Origin: Ktedonobacterales bacterium
Lineage (GTDB): Bacteria > Chloroflexota > Ktedonobacteria > Ktedonobacterales > JADMIN01
Direction of reading: 5' to 3'
Assembly (NCBI GenBank): GCA_030167145.1
Contig: CP126532.1
Location: forward strand, 2,700,001-2,732,000
DNA length: 32,000 nt
Below are positions 23,902 through 32,000 of the stretch, piece by piece. Under the pieces are notes generated by a model, which saw nothing but the letters and a program-made list of their open reading frames with translations, searched no databases and was not told the origin of the DNA. How positions within the stretch are numbered: position 1 is the stretch's first letter; each line of letters starts with the position of its first letter. A program made the position numbers and the translations under genes.

Positions 23902-25388
23902 CGCCGCCCCACCCTCCGCGCCAGCAACACCGCCGCGAACGCCAGAAACACCGCGAACGATAGCGCCGTGTTCCACTCCAGCGCCGCGAAGGGGTCGCGC
24001 GTGGTCGCATGGGTCAGCAGCAGCAGATGGTTGAAGCTCCACAGCGCCAGCGAATAGATCCAGCCGGTCAGCGCCAAGATCAGCCCGATCAGGCCGAGGA
24101 AGCGCAGCGTGTTGGTCACGAGCCGCCCGTGGAAGACCAGCAGCGCCAGCGCCAGCACGATGCCCGCGACCGCCACAGCCAGCCACAGGCCACCGAATCC
24201 GAGGAGCCGCGCCTCGCTGCCCAGCGCCTTGTCGCCGTGGAAATACGCCTGCGCCTCCTTGGCAAGCTGCGCCACCCCGCTGATGCTCAGGAAGATCAGC
24301 GGCGGCCACAGCACATTCCGCAGCGGCAGCAGCAGACTTTCCGAGGCAGCCGCCGCAGGCGAGGCGTTCGTCGCGCCGCCGCGTCCGCCGCGATTCAATC
24401 CCGTGAGCAGCGTATCGAGCAGCGTCTTCGAGACCTGCCCAGAGATCGCCTGAGCGCTCTTGCCATCCTTGACCGCCACTGGCACAGCCGCGCGCCTGCC
24501 CGCCACCCCGCCGAGCGCGCCCAGGCCGCTGGTAGCCCCAGCCAGCGCCAGAATCAGCAGACCGATAGGCAACGCCAGCAGTGCCAGAATCATGTCAATG
24601 AATGTCAGCGTCGGCGGATCGCTGAGCCTGTTGCCGGGCGGCACGCAGGCGCCAAGCGGCCACGAGACGGTGCAGCCAGTGACGCTGACGTGTGGGGTGA
24701 TGAGTTGCCAGAACGTGCTCACCAAATCGCCCCGGAAGGTCAGCGCCAGCGCGCCACAAAGCAAGGCGCCCGCCAGCAGGTCGCCCGACACCAGCTCGTG
24801 CATATTGGGCAGCGCTTTCGCGTCGCGAGTGTCGCCGAGGCCGATATCCACCCGCGCATTGGGCGCGAGACCGCGTGCGCGGCGCGACCACCGGCGTGCG
24901 GAATCCAGCGCGAAGATTAGCAGCACGCCGAAATTGAGCGCAGCGTAGAACCACGGGCTGGAGACCAGCCGCTGCACCGCGACACGCAGATGGAAAAGCT
25001 GTTGCAGCAGCGCGTTCAGCCACTCTTGAAACGGAATGCGGTAGAAGTAGGTGATACCGACGATGAGAATCGCGATGCCGGTGACGGTGAGCGCCGCGAT
25101 ACGATAGCGCAGCACCGAAGGATGGCGCAGCACGGCGACTTCGAGGGTAAGCACCAGCGCGCAGAGCCACAAATAGAGCAGCCACGGCTGGCGAAAGAGC
25201 GCATCGGCAGGGGCGGCGCTGGTGGTATAGCCCAGAAAGCCCGTCAGCGCCAGCGTCACAACACCGCACAGGCCAATAGCGACGACGAGGCGAGCCGGAA
25301 AGCGCACCAGAAAGCTGCGCCGCTCTTCGTCAAATACATCAGTAATCGCCTGCTGCACGGAGTGCGTGTCGCTCGATGTGTCCGACAT
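23898..25388 (-). CDS. large polytopic membrane protein (496 aa), unknown function
   Basis: At least 10 hydrophobic helices are visible and GC3 bias supports coding. The start is preceded by a duplicated GAGAAGGGT purine-rich motif. I recognise no family motif. Confidence 0.7.
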   Translation of the reverse strand: MSDTSSDTHSVQQAITDVFDEERRSFLVRFPARLVVAIGLCGVVTLALTGFLGYTTSAAPADALFRQPWLLYLWLCALVLTLEVAVLRHPSVLRYRIAALTVTGIAILIVGITYFYRIPFQEWLNALLQQLFHLRVAVQRLVSSPWFYAALNFGVLLIFALDSARRWSRRARGLAPNARVDIGLGDTRDAKALPNMHELVSGDLLAGALLCGALALTFRGDLVSTFWQLITPHVSVTGCTVSWPLGACVPPGNRLSDPPTLTFIDMILALLALPIGLLILALAGATSGLGALGGVAGRRAAVPVAVKDGKSAQAISGQVSKTLLDTLLTGLNRGGRGGATNASPAAAASESLLLPLRNVLWPPLIFLSISGVAQLAKEAQAYFHGDKALGSEARLLGFGGLWLAVAVAGIVLALALLVFHGRLVTNTLRFLGLIGLILALTGWIYSLALWSFNHLLLLTHATTRDPFAALEWNTALSFAVFLAFAAVLLARRVGRR

Positions 25389-25496
25389 CCCACCCCACCC
25401 TTCTCAACCCTTCTCATGAGCACGCCAGCGTCACACGCGCAGTATATCTCATTGTGTCCGCTGTATGGCAGGCACGCGCACACCTCGCGTGCCAGG

Positions 25497-25525
25497 TTGG
25501 CGCACCTGAGCGCATCGGCTATACT
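25497..25525 (+). promoter_or_regulatory. candidate sigma70-type promoter (TTGGCG - 17 nt - TATACT)
   Basis: TTGGCG lies at 25497-25502 and TATACT at 25520-25525. The SDR start is about 50 nt downstream. Confidence 0.5.
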
Positions 25526-25575
25526 ACGCGCAACAGCGGGCGGTAGATGCAGCCAACACCGGCGGGAGTGACGCG

Positions 25576-26484
25576 ATGCAAGGCGATGGCGATATGGCCG
25601 CTATGGGCGATATGACAGGGAAAGTAGTCGTGCTGACCGGCGGAACAGATGGTATCGGCAAAGCAGCGGCCATCGCGATGGCGCGGCTGGGCGCGCGATT
25701 GACCCTGATGGGCCGAAATGCGGCGAAGTCAGAGGCCGCGCGCGCAGAGATTGTGGCGCAGAGCGGTAATGCTGAGGTGACGGTGATACCGGGCGATCTG
25801 GCCTCGCTGGCATCGGTGCGGGCGTTTGCCGCAACCGTGCGCGAGCAATTGCCACGCGTTGATGTGCTGGCGAATAATGCTGGGGCATATCAGCCCAAAC
25901 GCCGCGAAACGATAGACGGCAATGAGCTAACGTTCGCCAGCAACCAGCTTGGTCCGTTTCTGCTAACGCTGGAACTGCTGGATACCTTGATCGCCAGCGC
26001 CTCGGCGCGCATCCTCTTCACCGCCTCGTTCGCCGAACACTTCAACGGCGTCCGTTTCGACGACGTGCAGAGCGCGCACCGCTATGCGCCAATGACAGCC
26101 TACGCGCAATCGAAGCGCGCCAATCTGCTCTTCGCCTATGCGCTGGCGCGGCGTCTGCGGGGCACAGGCGTGATGGTGAACGCATGGCATCCGGGATTCG
26201 TGCGCAGCAACATCGAGGGCAACCGCGCCAACCCATTGATCCGCGCCGCTGCCGCACTCTTCACCACCACACCACAGCGCGCGGCGCGCACGCTCGTATG
26301 GCTGGCGTCCTCACCCGCGCTGGACGGCGTAACCGGCGCATATTTCAGCAATGACAAGCGGGCGCACTCATCACGCGGCTCGCATGATGTGGCGGCGCAG
26401 GAGCGACTCTGGCGTCTCTGCGCAGACCTGACTGGTGCGCCCGATATCCCGCTTGCGGCTGGCAGTCGCAATGATATAGTCTAG
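25576..26484 (+). CDS. short-chain dehydrogenase/reductase (classical SDR, retinol-dehydrogenase-like)
   Basis: Motifs are [16 protein letters not shown] (TGxxxGxG), NNAG and YAQSK (YxxxK). Confidence 0.85.
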   Translation: MQGDGDMAAMGDMTGKVVVLTGGTDGIGKAAAIAMARLGARLTLMGRNAAKSEAARAEIVAQSGNAEVTVIPGDLASLASVRAFAATVREQLPRVDVLANNAGAYQPKRRETIDGNELTFASNQLGPFLLTLELLDTLIASASARILFTASFAEHFNGVRFDDVQSAHRYAPMTAYAQSKRANLLFAYALARRLRGTGVMVNAWHPGFVRSNIEGNRANPLIRAAAALFTTTPQRAARTLVWLASSPALDGVTGAYFSNDKRAHSSRGSHDVAAQERLWRLCADLTGAPDIPLAAGSRNDIV

Positions 26485-26527
26485 GCACACTGGCCTGAAG
26501 TCAAATCACCAGGAAAGGAGCTGCGCG

Positions 26528-27073
26528 ATGGACGAGAGCAACACAACAGTGCGCCAGCGCATCGCAATCATCCAGGGCGACATCACCCTGCTGGCGGTGG
26601 ACGCCATTGTGAACGCGGCCAATAACTCGCTGCTGGGCGGTGGCGGCGTGGACGGCGCGATCCACGACGCGGCGGGGCCAGAACTGGTGGCAGAGTGCCG
26701 CACACTGGGCGGCTGCGAGACCGGCGCGGCGAAAATCACGCGCGGCTACCGGCTGCCCGCGCGCTACGTCATCCACACCGTCGGGCCAGTCTGGTACGGC
26801 GGCGACTATGGCGAGCCAGCATCGCTGGCGGCGTGCTATCGTAACAGCCTGAAACTGGCAAAATTGAACGACATCGAGACACTGGCGTTTCCGGCGATCA
26901 GCACCGGCATCTATGGCTATCCGCTAGAACCAGCGGCGCGTATCGCGCTCAGCGAAGTGATACGCTTCCTCGAAGGAAATGACGAAGTACGCCATGTGAC
27001 CATGATCTGCCGGGGCGATGAGGCATATGCGGTGTATCAGCAGGTGGCGCGCGAGCTATTCGGCGAGGAGTAA
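26528..27073 (+). CDS. macrodomain protein (O-acetyl-ADP-ribose deacetylase / YmdB-like)
   Basis: Motifs are [35 protein letters not shown] and [20 protein letters not shown] lies 7 nt before the ATG. Confidence 0.9.
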   Translation: MDESNTTVRQRIAIIQGDITLLAVDAIVNAANNSLLGGGGVDGAIHDAAGPELVAECRTLGGCETGAAKITRGYRLPARYVIHTVGPVWYGGDYGEPASLAACYRNSLKLAKLNDIETLAFPAISTGIYGYPLEPAARIALSEVIRFLEGNDEVRHVTMICRGDEAYAVYQQVARELFGEE

Positions 27074-27079
27074 GAGTAC

Positions 27080-27637
27080 GTGAAGAATCTTGACCGAACG
27101 GTGGTATGGCGGGCGCTGAACGTGACGGGAACAGAGCAGTGTACGCTCTCAAGCGAGCGCAATGGCTGGCGGCTGGCCGGGCTGGCGCTGCGGGAAGTAG
27201 ACGGCGTTCCGGCGCAGGCGAGCTATACGGTGTACTGCGATGAGGCGTGGCAAACCCGCGAGGCCGTGGTAGAACTGCGCGCCGACACCACGCAACGCTA
27301 TCTGCGGCTGCTGGCGCGCGATGGCCGCTGGTATGGCGAGCGCGGGCGCGAGCTAGCGGCGCTGCGCGGCTGCCTGGACGTAGACATCGGCTTCACCCCC
27401 GCCACGAACACCCTGCCGATCCGCCGCCTGGACCTCGCCGTCGGCCAGAGCGCGGAGGTCACCGCCGCCTGGGTGCGCTTCCCCGAATTCACCGTCGAGC
27501 CACTGGCGCAAACCTACACCCGGCTGGATGAGCGCCGCTATCGCTACGAAAGCGCCACCGGCTTCGTCGCTGAGATCACCGTAGACGACGTGGGGTTGGT
27601 GCTGCGCTACGAAGGCGGCTGGGAGCGCGTTGACTAG
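27080..27637 (+). CDS. putative glycolipid-binding-domain protein (PF06475-like)
   Basis: The GTG start lies 9 nt after GAGGAG. The pattern W..L...G.E......GW...G......P....Y.V.CD..W.TR and DIGFTPATNTLPIRRL matches my recollection of that family. Confidence 0.6.
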   Translation: MKNLDRTVVWRALNVTGTEQCTLSSERNGWRLAGLALREVDGVPAQASYTVYCDEAWQTREAVVELRADTTQRYLRLLARDGRWYGERGRELAALRGCLDVDIGFTPATNTLPIRRLDLAVGQSAEVTAAWVRFPEFTVEPLAQTYTRLDERRYRYESATGFVAEITVDDVGLVLRYEGGWERVD

Positions 27638-27663
27638 CGCGAATAGACGTGGAGGCGCGGCGA

Positions 27664-28218
27664 ATGCTCGATGCGGAGAAAGTGCTCGATCAGGTGTGGG
27701 ACGGCATCGCGCCTGCGGAGTGGTATATCTTCTGGGCCTCCAAAACGCGACTGCGCGTAGGTTGGGGGCTTTTACTAGCAAGCACCTGGACTCCAATAGT
27801 AATCATCATTTTCGGCTTCGTTCAGAATAGATTTCCATCGTATTCCGTGGATGGCGCAATGATTGGCTGGCTCATACTCGGCTCATTAGGCCCAAGCGTC
27901 TTTGCCTGGGGTACGTATCGGCAAAAGGCGAAGCGAGCCGATGAGTTGGCACTCGTCTTGACTCCCGCAGGGTTTGTGGAACGCTACTGGGGTCCAACTC
28001 TGGCAGCACGAGCCATCACCTATGCCGACCTCCGGGCCCTAGAACTCGCTGGCAGCGTTCGTCATCCTGTCCTGATGCTCACTCACTGCGATGGCAGCCA
28101 GGAGCAGCGTCCATTAGCCAGCTTACGCGACTTCGGCACCCCCTACGGCATCGGCGTGTTGATCTGCGATGCGTATACTCGCTACGCTGCTGCCCATGAG
28201 GATGCGCCGCAAGACTGA
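27664..28218 (+). CDS. hypothetical 2-TM membrane protein with cytoplasmic C-terminal domain
   Basis: The ATG at 27664 lies 8 nt after GGAGG. Two hydrophobic helices are visible. The middle of the gene is visibly AT-richer than its surroundings. I recognise no family. Confidence 0.55.
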   Translation: MLDAEKVLDQVWDGIAPAEWYIFWASKTRLRVGWGLLLASTWTPIVIIIFGFVQNRFPSYSVDGAMIGWLILGSLGPSVFAWGTYRQKAKRADELALVLTPAGFVERYWGPTLAARAITYADLRALELAGSVRHPVLMLTHCDGSQEQRPLASLRDFGTPYGIGVLICDAYTRYAAAHEDAPQD

Positions 28219-28547
28219 CCTATCACTGGTCTTTCGGCATCCTTCACGTGATCGGGCTGCTGACCAATGCGCCCAAGCCACGAAAATATGGCGCGTGTCG
28301 GCTACGAGCGTCTCGAAGAACTAGAGCAGCCCGAACGCGCCGCCGACCGCATGTGCCAGATGTACCGCGCCAAAGGCTACTCCGACGAATGGATCAACGT
28401 GCGCCTGCAAAGCATCGTGACGCGCGTCCGCACCTGACCGCATTCGACCGCCCCGCACCGCTCGCCCTATCCCCGCCGCATGCTACACTACCCCTGAGGC
28501 CACCCCCACCCCACTCCCATACATGCGAAGGACATGCATCCATGACA

Positions 28548-28965
28548 ATCCAAAAATCGGCAGAATCGGCAACTGGTGAAGCGGACATCCCTATCTGCCA
28601 GCACGCACACCAAATCAAAATGTCGGCCACATCGGCCAGTGCTACAGTGGGGCAGACATTCCTGTCTGCCATCCAAAAATCGGCAGAATCGGCAACTCCC
28701 ACATATGCGGAATCTGCAATCGCGGCGAAAACGGCGAAAAATCTTCCCCCATCTCTCGTCACATTCCGTCATTTGCCCCCACCCAACCGCACAAATCGGC
28801 CATATTGGCCACTGCGAAAAATCGGCAGAATCGGCAACTGTCCGTCCACGCAAGATCGGCCATTTCGGCCACTCCACTCATTCTGGCATTCATGCCTTGC
28901 CGCTATCGTGCTCCGGCCAATCATGGCCGAAGCGCAATCCTCGCCATGGCCGCGAGTTCGGCATG
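28548..28965. repeat. non-coding tract of interspersed short direct repeats and palindromes (families A, B, C)
   Basis: Family A is (atcc)AAAAATCGGCAGAATCGGCAACT, at 28548-28574, 28671-28697 and 28817-28839. Family B is TCGGCCA-N2-4-T(C/T)GGCCA(C/G)T, at 28623-28640, 28796-28813 and 28856-28873, plus the palindrome CGGCCAATCATGGCCG at 28914-28929. Family C is g(c/g)(a/g)GACAT(t/c)CCT(g/a)TCTGCCA, at 28581-28600 and 28651-28670. Confidence 0.85.
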
Positions 28966-28981
28966 GTACGATACCCTTTAT

Positions 28982-30151
28982 ATGCGCGCCTTCGCACTGC
29001 CCACATGCCAGCCACCAAAGAACACCAGCGACAAGGACACATCCTACGTGAGTGAGAAAACCAGCGACCCGAACAAACACCCCAACCACCAACGCAGCGC
29101 CCAACCCGGCCGTGCCCCCGATCGTGCGCCGGCCATTGATGGCCGCGAGCGTCATCACACGCGCTATACCCCGCCCAAACCCAAGCGCCCGCTGCGCCCA
29201 GCCGTGGACGTAGACGCCATCCTCGCCCATGCCGATGAAATCGCCGCCGCCAACCTCGTCGAACTCGACACCGAAGCCGAGCAGACCATCCCCGATCTCA
29301 CCGACCTGCCCACCCTCAAGCGGCTGCTGCGCACACATGGCCTGCGCCCCAACAAATCCTTCGGCCAACACCTGCTCATCAGCCGCGACGCCCTGGACGC
29401 CATCCTTGCCGCCGCCGAACTCGATCCCGCCGAAAACGCCCTCGAAGTCGGCGCGGGCACCGGCGTCCTCACCGTCGAACTGGCCCAGCGCGCCCGCCGC
29501 GTCGTCGCCGTCGAAATTGACCGCGCCATCCTGCCCGTGCTGCGCGCAACCACTGCCCGCTTCACCAACGTCGAAATCATCCCGCGCGACCTGCTTGACG
29601 TGCAGCCCAGCGCCGTCTTCGGCGACGAACCGTACAAACTCGTCGCCAATCTGCCCTACTACATCACTGCGCTCACCCTGCGCCACTTCCTCGAAGCCGC
29701 CAATCCCCCGCGCCGCCTTGTCGTCATGGTCCAGAAAGAGGTTGCCGCGCGCATGACCGCCCGCCCTGGCGACCTGAGCCTGCTCGGCCTCAGCGTCCAG
29801 TTCTACGGCGCGCCGCGCATCATCGCCAATGTCCCCGCCGCCGCCTTCTATCCACCGCCACAGGTAGATTCCGCCGTCGTCCGCATAGACCTCTATCCCC
29901 AGCCGCCGCTCACTGGCGCGGCGCGCGAACGCTTCTTCGCGCTGGCCCACGCGGGCTTTGCCGAAAAGCGCAAACAACTGCACAACAGTCTGGCGCGCAA
30001 CTTGCATCTGCCGCAAGAGACCGTCGCCCGGTGGCTCGCCGCCGCCAACATTGACCCCATGCGCCGCGCCGAAACGCTCAGCCTCGGCGAATGGTTGAGC
30101 CTCACGCGCATCGCGCTGGCGGACGACACCCTACCCGACGCGACGCCGTGA
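28982..30151 (+). CDS. rsmA: 16S rRNA (adenine1518/1519-N6)-dimethyltransferase RsmA/KsgA; start uncertain
   Basis: Motifs are FGQHLL, EVGAGTGVLT and ANLPYYIT. The conserved domain begins near 29330. The in-frame ATG at 28982 gives a low-complexity basic extension of about 115 aa, and the GTGs at 29050 and 29204 are alternatives. The ORF-track start at 28805 lies inside the repeat tract and is rejected. Confidence 0.85.
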   Translation: MRAFALPTCQPPKNTSDKDTSYVSEKTSDPNKHPNHQRSAQPGRAPDRAPAIDGRERHHTRYTPPKPKRPLRPAVDVDAILAHADEIAAANLVELDTEAEQTIPDLTDLPTLKRLLRTHGLRPNKSFGQHLLISRDALDAILAAAELDPAENALEVGAGTGVLTVELAQRARRVVAVEIDRAILPVLRATTARFTNVEIIPRDLLDVQPSAVFGDEPYKLVANLPYYITALTLRHFLEAANPPRRLVVMVQKEVAARMTARPGDLSLLGLSVQFYGAPRIIANVPAAAFYPPPQVDSAVVRIDLYPQPPLTGAARERFFALAHAGFAEKRKQLHNSLARNLHLPQETVARWLAAANIDPMRRAETLSLGEWLSLTRIALADDTLPDATP

Positions 30152-30222
30152 AAGCAGGTAGTGCTGTGCAATCAGGAGAACCACGCCGTATAATCCATGA
30201 AGCAGCGCGCCCACCTCTCGGC

Positions 30223-30492
30223 ATGCGAACGATGCTCTGGGCGATTCTCATCATCACCGCAGTGCTGCTCGTCGCCACCCTGGGCGAGGCGCTCACCCGC
30301 GCCAGCGTCGAGAGCCAGGTTCGCGCCGCCGCCGCGCGCAATGCCGCTTTGCAGCGTGATGTCGCCGCGACACAGCGCGCCATCGCGCTCGCCCGTTCCG
30401 ATGTCGAAATCGAACGGACCGCACGGCGCTGGGGCTATATCCGCTCTGGCGACCACCCCGTTATCGTGGTCGTCACCCCGGCTCCGAACTAA
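30223..30492 (+). CDS. FtsB/DivIC-like septum formation initiator family protein
   Basis: The product is 89 aa with an N-terminal TM helix (MLWAILIITAVLLVATL), a coiled coil and the tail ERTARRWGYIRSGDHPV. The ORF-track extension from 30091 overlaps rsmA. Confidence 0.65.
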   Translation: MRTMLWAILIITAVLLVATLGEALTRASVESQVRAAAARNAALQRDVAATQRAIALARSDVEIERTARRWGYIRSGDHPVIVVVTPAPN

Positions 30493-30514
30493 TCAGCCAT
30501 ACTCAGGAGGACCT

Positions 30515-31570
30515 GTGCGGCAGGGAACAGACACTACACCAGAGCATCCCTTTCCCGAGGGCGACGCGCCCCAGCGTATCGAGCCGGATCTCTGGCGGAT
30601 TCCTGTGCCGCTGCCCTTCGCGCTCCGCTCCGCCAACATCTATCTCATCGGTGGCGGCGCGGAGAACGGCTGGACCCTTGTAGACAGCGGCTTCGGCCTG
30701 CCCGCCGACGAAGCCGCCCTGCGCGCGGGCCTCACTCGCGCCGGAGCCACGCTCGACGCCATCACTACGCTCATCCTCACCCACGCCCACCCCGACCACA
30801 TCGGCCTCTCAGGCACAGTCCACGCCGTATCTGGCGCACCCGTCTACATGCTCGCGGGCGAAGATCAGATCATGTTCCGCGTCTGGAGCCGCCAGGAGCC
30901 AGGAACCTTTGACACCGTCGGCGCCATGTACACCGCCAACGGCCTCCCACCTGATGAGGTGGCGCGCGCCCACAGCGCGATGGACCGCACACGCCATATC
31001 GTGTGTCTGCCGCCGCCAGCAGCGGTGCGGACGCTCGACGATGGCGCTGAACTGCGCCTGGGCCAGCATAGCTACCGCGCCATCTGGACCCCCGGCCATG
31101 CCGACTATCATCTCTGTCTGCTGCGTGATGATGGTCTCTTTCTCGCGGGCGACCACATCCTCCCCACTATCACCCCCAATATCGGCTGGTATCCCAATGC
31201 CCGCCCCGATCCCCTTGGCGACTATTACGACGCCCTTGCCCGCGTCCGCGATCTGCCCGCGCGGCTGGTGCTCCCTGGCCACGGACGCCCCTTCACTCAC
31301 CTTGCCACTCGCGTGGATGAGCTACGCGAGCATCACCACGAACGCAGTGAGCAGATCCTCACGCTATTGCGCGCCCAGCCCGAAGGCATGAACTCCAACA
31401 GCGTCGCCGCCGCGCTCTTCGGCGCGCGTTTGCACAGCGATGACGACCGACGCTTCGCCCTTGTCGAGGCGCTGGCTCACCTCGAACACCTGCGCCTCAC
31501 TGGCCGCGCCACGCGCGAAGACCGCGACGGCCACATCGTCTATCATGCGCTCCCCACTACCCACACGTAA
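30515..31570 (+). CDS. MBL-fold metallo-hydrolase
   Basis: The GTG at 30515 lies after AGGAGG (30505-30510). The metal-binding motif is LTHAHPDHIG (HxHxDH), and later conserved His/Asp residues include TPGHADYH and LPGHG. The ORF-track N-terminus (30197-30514) overlaps the previous gene in another frame. Confidence 0.85.
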   Translation: MRQGTDTTPEHPFPEGDAPQRIEPDLWRIPVPLPFALRSANIYLIGGGAENGWTLVDSGFGLPADEAALRAGLTRAGATLDAITTLILTHAHPDHIGLSGTVHAVSGAPVYMLAGEDQIMFRVWSRQEPGTFDTVGAMYTANGLPPDEVARAHSAMDRTRHIVCLPPPAAVRTLDDGAELRLGQHSYRAIWTPGHADYHLCLLRDDGLFLAGDHILPTITPNIGWYPNARPDPLGDYYDALARVRDLPARLVLPGHGRPFTHLATRVDELREHHHERSEQILTLLRAQPEGMNSNSVAAALFGARLHSDDDRRFALVEALAHLEHLRLTGRATREDRDGHIVYHALPTTHT

Positions 31571-31595
31571 CCCTTCAGGCCATGCTGCGATGCCC

Positions 31596-32000
31596 TCATC
31601 CTTCCCGCGCGCTCGCCGCAACGTTCGCGCTTGCCAGCCGCCTGCGTTCTGCCCGGCGCAGCGCCGTGCCCAGGCCAATGCCCAGCGCCAGCGCGATCAG
31701 GATCGTCGCCAGCGACGTTACGAGCTGCGGCTTATTGGTCATCAGAAAGACGATTCCCAATGTCACGACCAACAATATGCTATGCGACATCGTCAGCACC
31801 GGATCACTCACCCGCGCCCGCAGCGCCGCCGTCAGGGGGCCATCCGCCGCCGCTTCGGCTTCGCGCTTGATCGCATGTGCGCGTGGGCCGTTCACCAGCG
31901 GCGCTGTCGGCGCGATTATCAACAGACTTCCCAGCGCCACATCAATCCATGCCGTTTGGAAGCCCCATACCGTGATCGCCATATACAGGCCAGCGCCCAG
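31596..32000 (-). CDS. small membrane protein (DUF2269-like?), probably continuing beyond the window end
   Basis: The frame is open to position 32000 (..LGAGLYMAITVW..). Hydrophobic helices are visible. The family guess is weak. Confidence 0.5.
   Translation of the reverse strand: MGAGLYMAITVWGFQTAWIDVALGSLLIIAPTAPLVNGPRAHAIKREAEAAADGPLTAALRARVSDPVLTMSHSILLVVTLGIVFLMTNKPQLVTSLATILIALALGIGLGTALRRAERRRLASANVAASAREG

Noticed and set aside
28548-28874. The interspersed repeats could be read as a CRISPR array.
   Set aside because: The repeats are 18-27 bp and belong to three different families in shuffled order. Their spacings are irregular (26-116 bp), and no cas genes or leader are present in the window.
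28248-29051. ORFs over the repeat tract (plus-strand 28248-29051 and 28576-29055; minus-strand 28394-28762 and 28488-28877), producing peptide repeats such as KSAESAT and ADSADF.
   Set aside because: The DNA repeats fall in different reading frames at different copies, so no frame conserves a peptide repeat. No SD is present and the composition is atypical. The repeats are better explained at the DNA or RNA level.
28769-30016. A 415-aa minus-strand ORF lies antisense to rsmA.
   Set aside because: The composition is Gly/Ala/Arg/Asp-rich with no family motif. The plus strand carries the KsgA motifs (FGQHLL, EVGAGTG, NLPYYIT). This is a shadow ORF.

Overview
The window is a GC-rich bacterial chromosomal segment, roughly two-thirds G+C by eye (not computed), with strong GC3 bias. 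The gene content includes Pro/Thr-rich membrane proteins, PIN and DUF4258/YgiT toxin-antitoxin modules, and a short dcw block. This suggests a Chloroflexota- or Actinomycetota-like host, but that is a low-confidence inference. About 40 protein genes are supportable. They include a SIS-domain sugar-phosphate isomerase-like protein and three two-component systems, one of which is arranged RR-HK-HtrA. There is a division block, mraZ-rsmH-ftsL-ftsI, on the minus strand. Other calls are dodecin, a DinB/ClbS-like protein, an isochorismatase-family hydrolase, a 2-TM K+ channel, an SDR, a macrodomain, a PF06475-like protein, rsmA/ksgA, an FtsB/DivIC-like protein and an MBL-fold hydrolase. A small accessory patch at about 21.6-23.9 kb carries a vapBC-like pair with a frameshifted PIN toxin, a NADAR gene and a DUF4258/YgiT pair. 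I recognised no rRNA, tRNA, CRISPR array, transposase or integrase. I do not see a clear multi-gene novel defence system. The most unusual signals are listed here. (1) A 92-bp duplicate of the NADAR 3' end brackets the DUF4258/YgiT cassette. (2) A roughly 400-bp non-coding tract upstream of rsmA is packed with three interspersed repeat families built from 9-bp-phased TCGGC half-sites and small palindromes. It lies next to a low-GC gene and an orphan ORF. (3) A textbook triple GTGGGGCA MraZ operator sits beside a cluster of four DnaA-box-like 9-mers upstream of mraZ. (4) A REP-like GGGCGTCC/GGACGCCC hairpin family is present in three copies. (5) Hexamers phased at 11 bp lie upstream of htrA and of its RR-HK operon. 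All protein family calls rest on motifs I recognise by eye. No database search was run.
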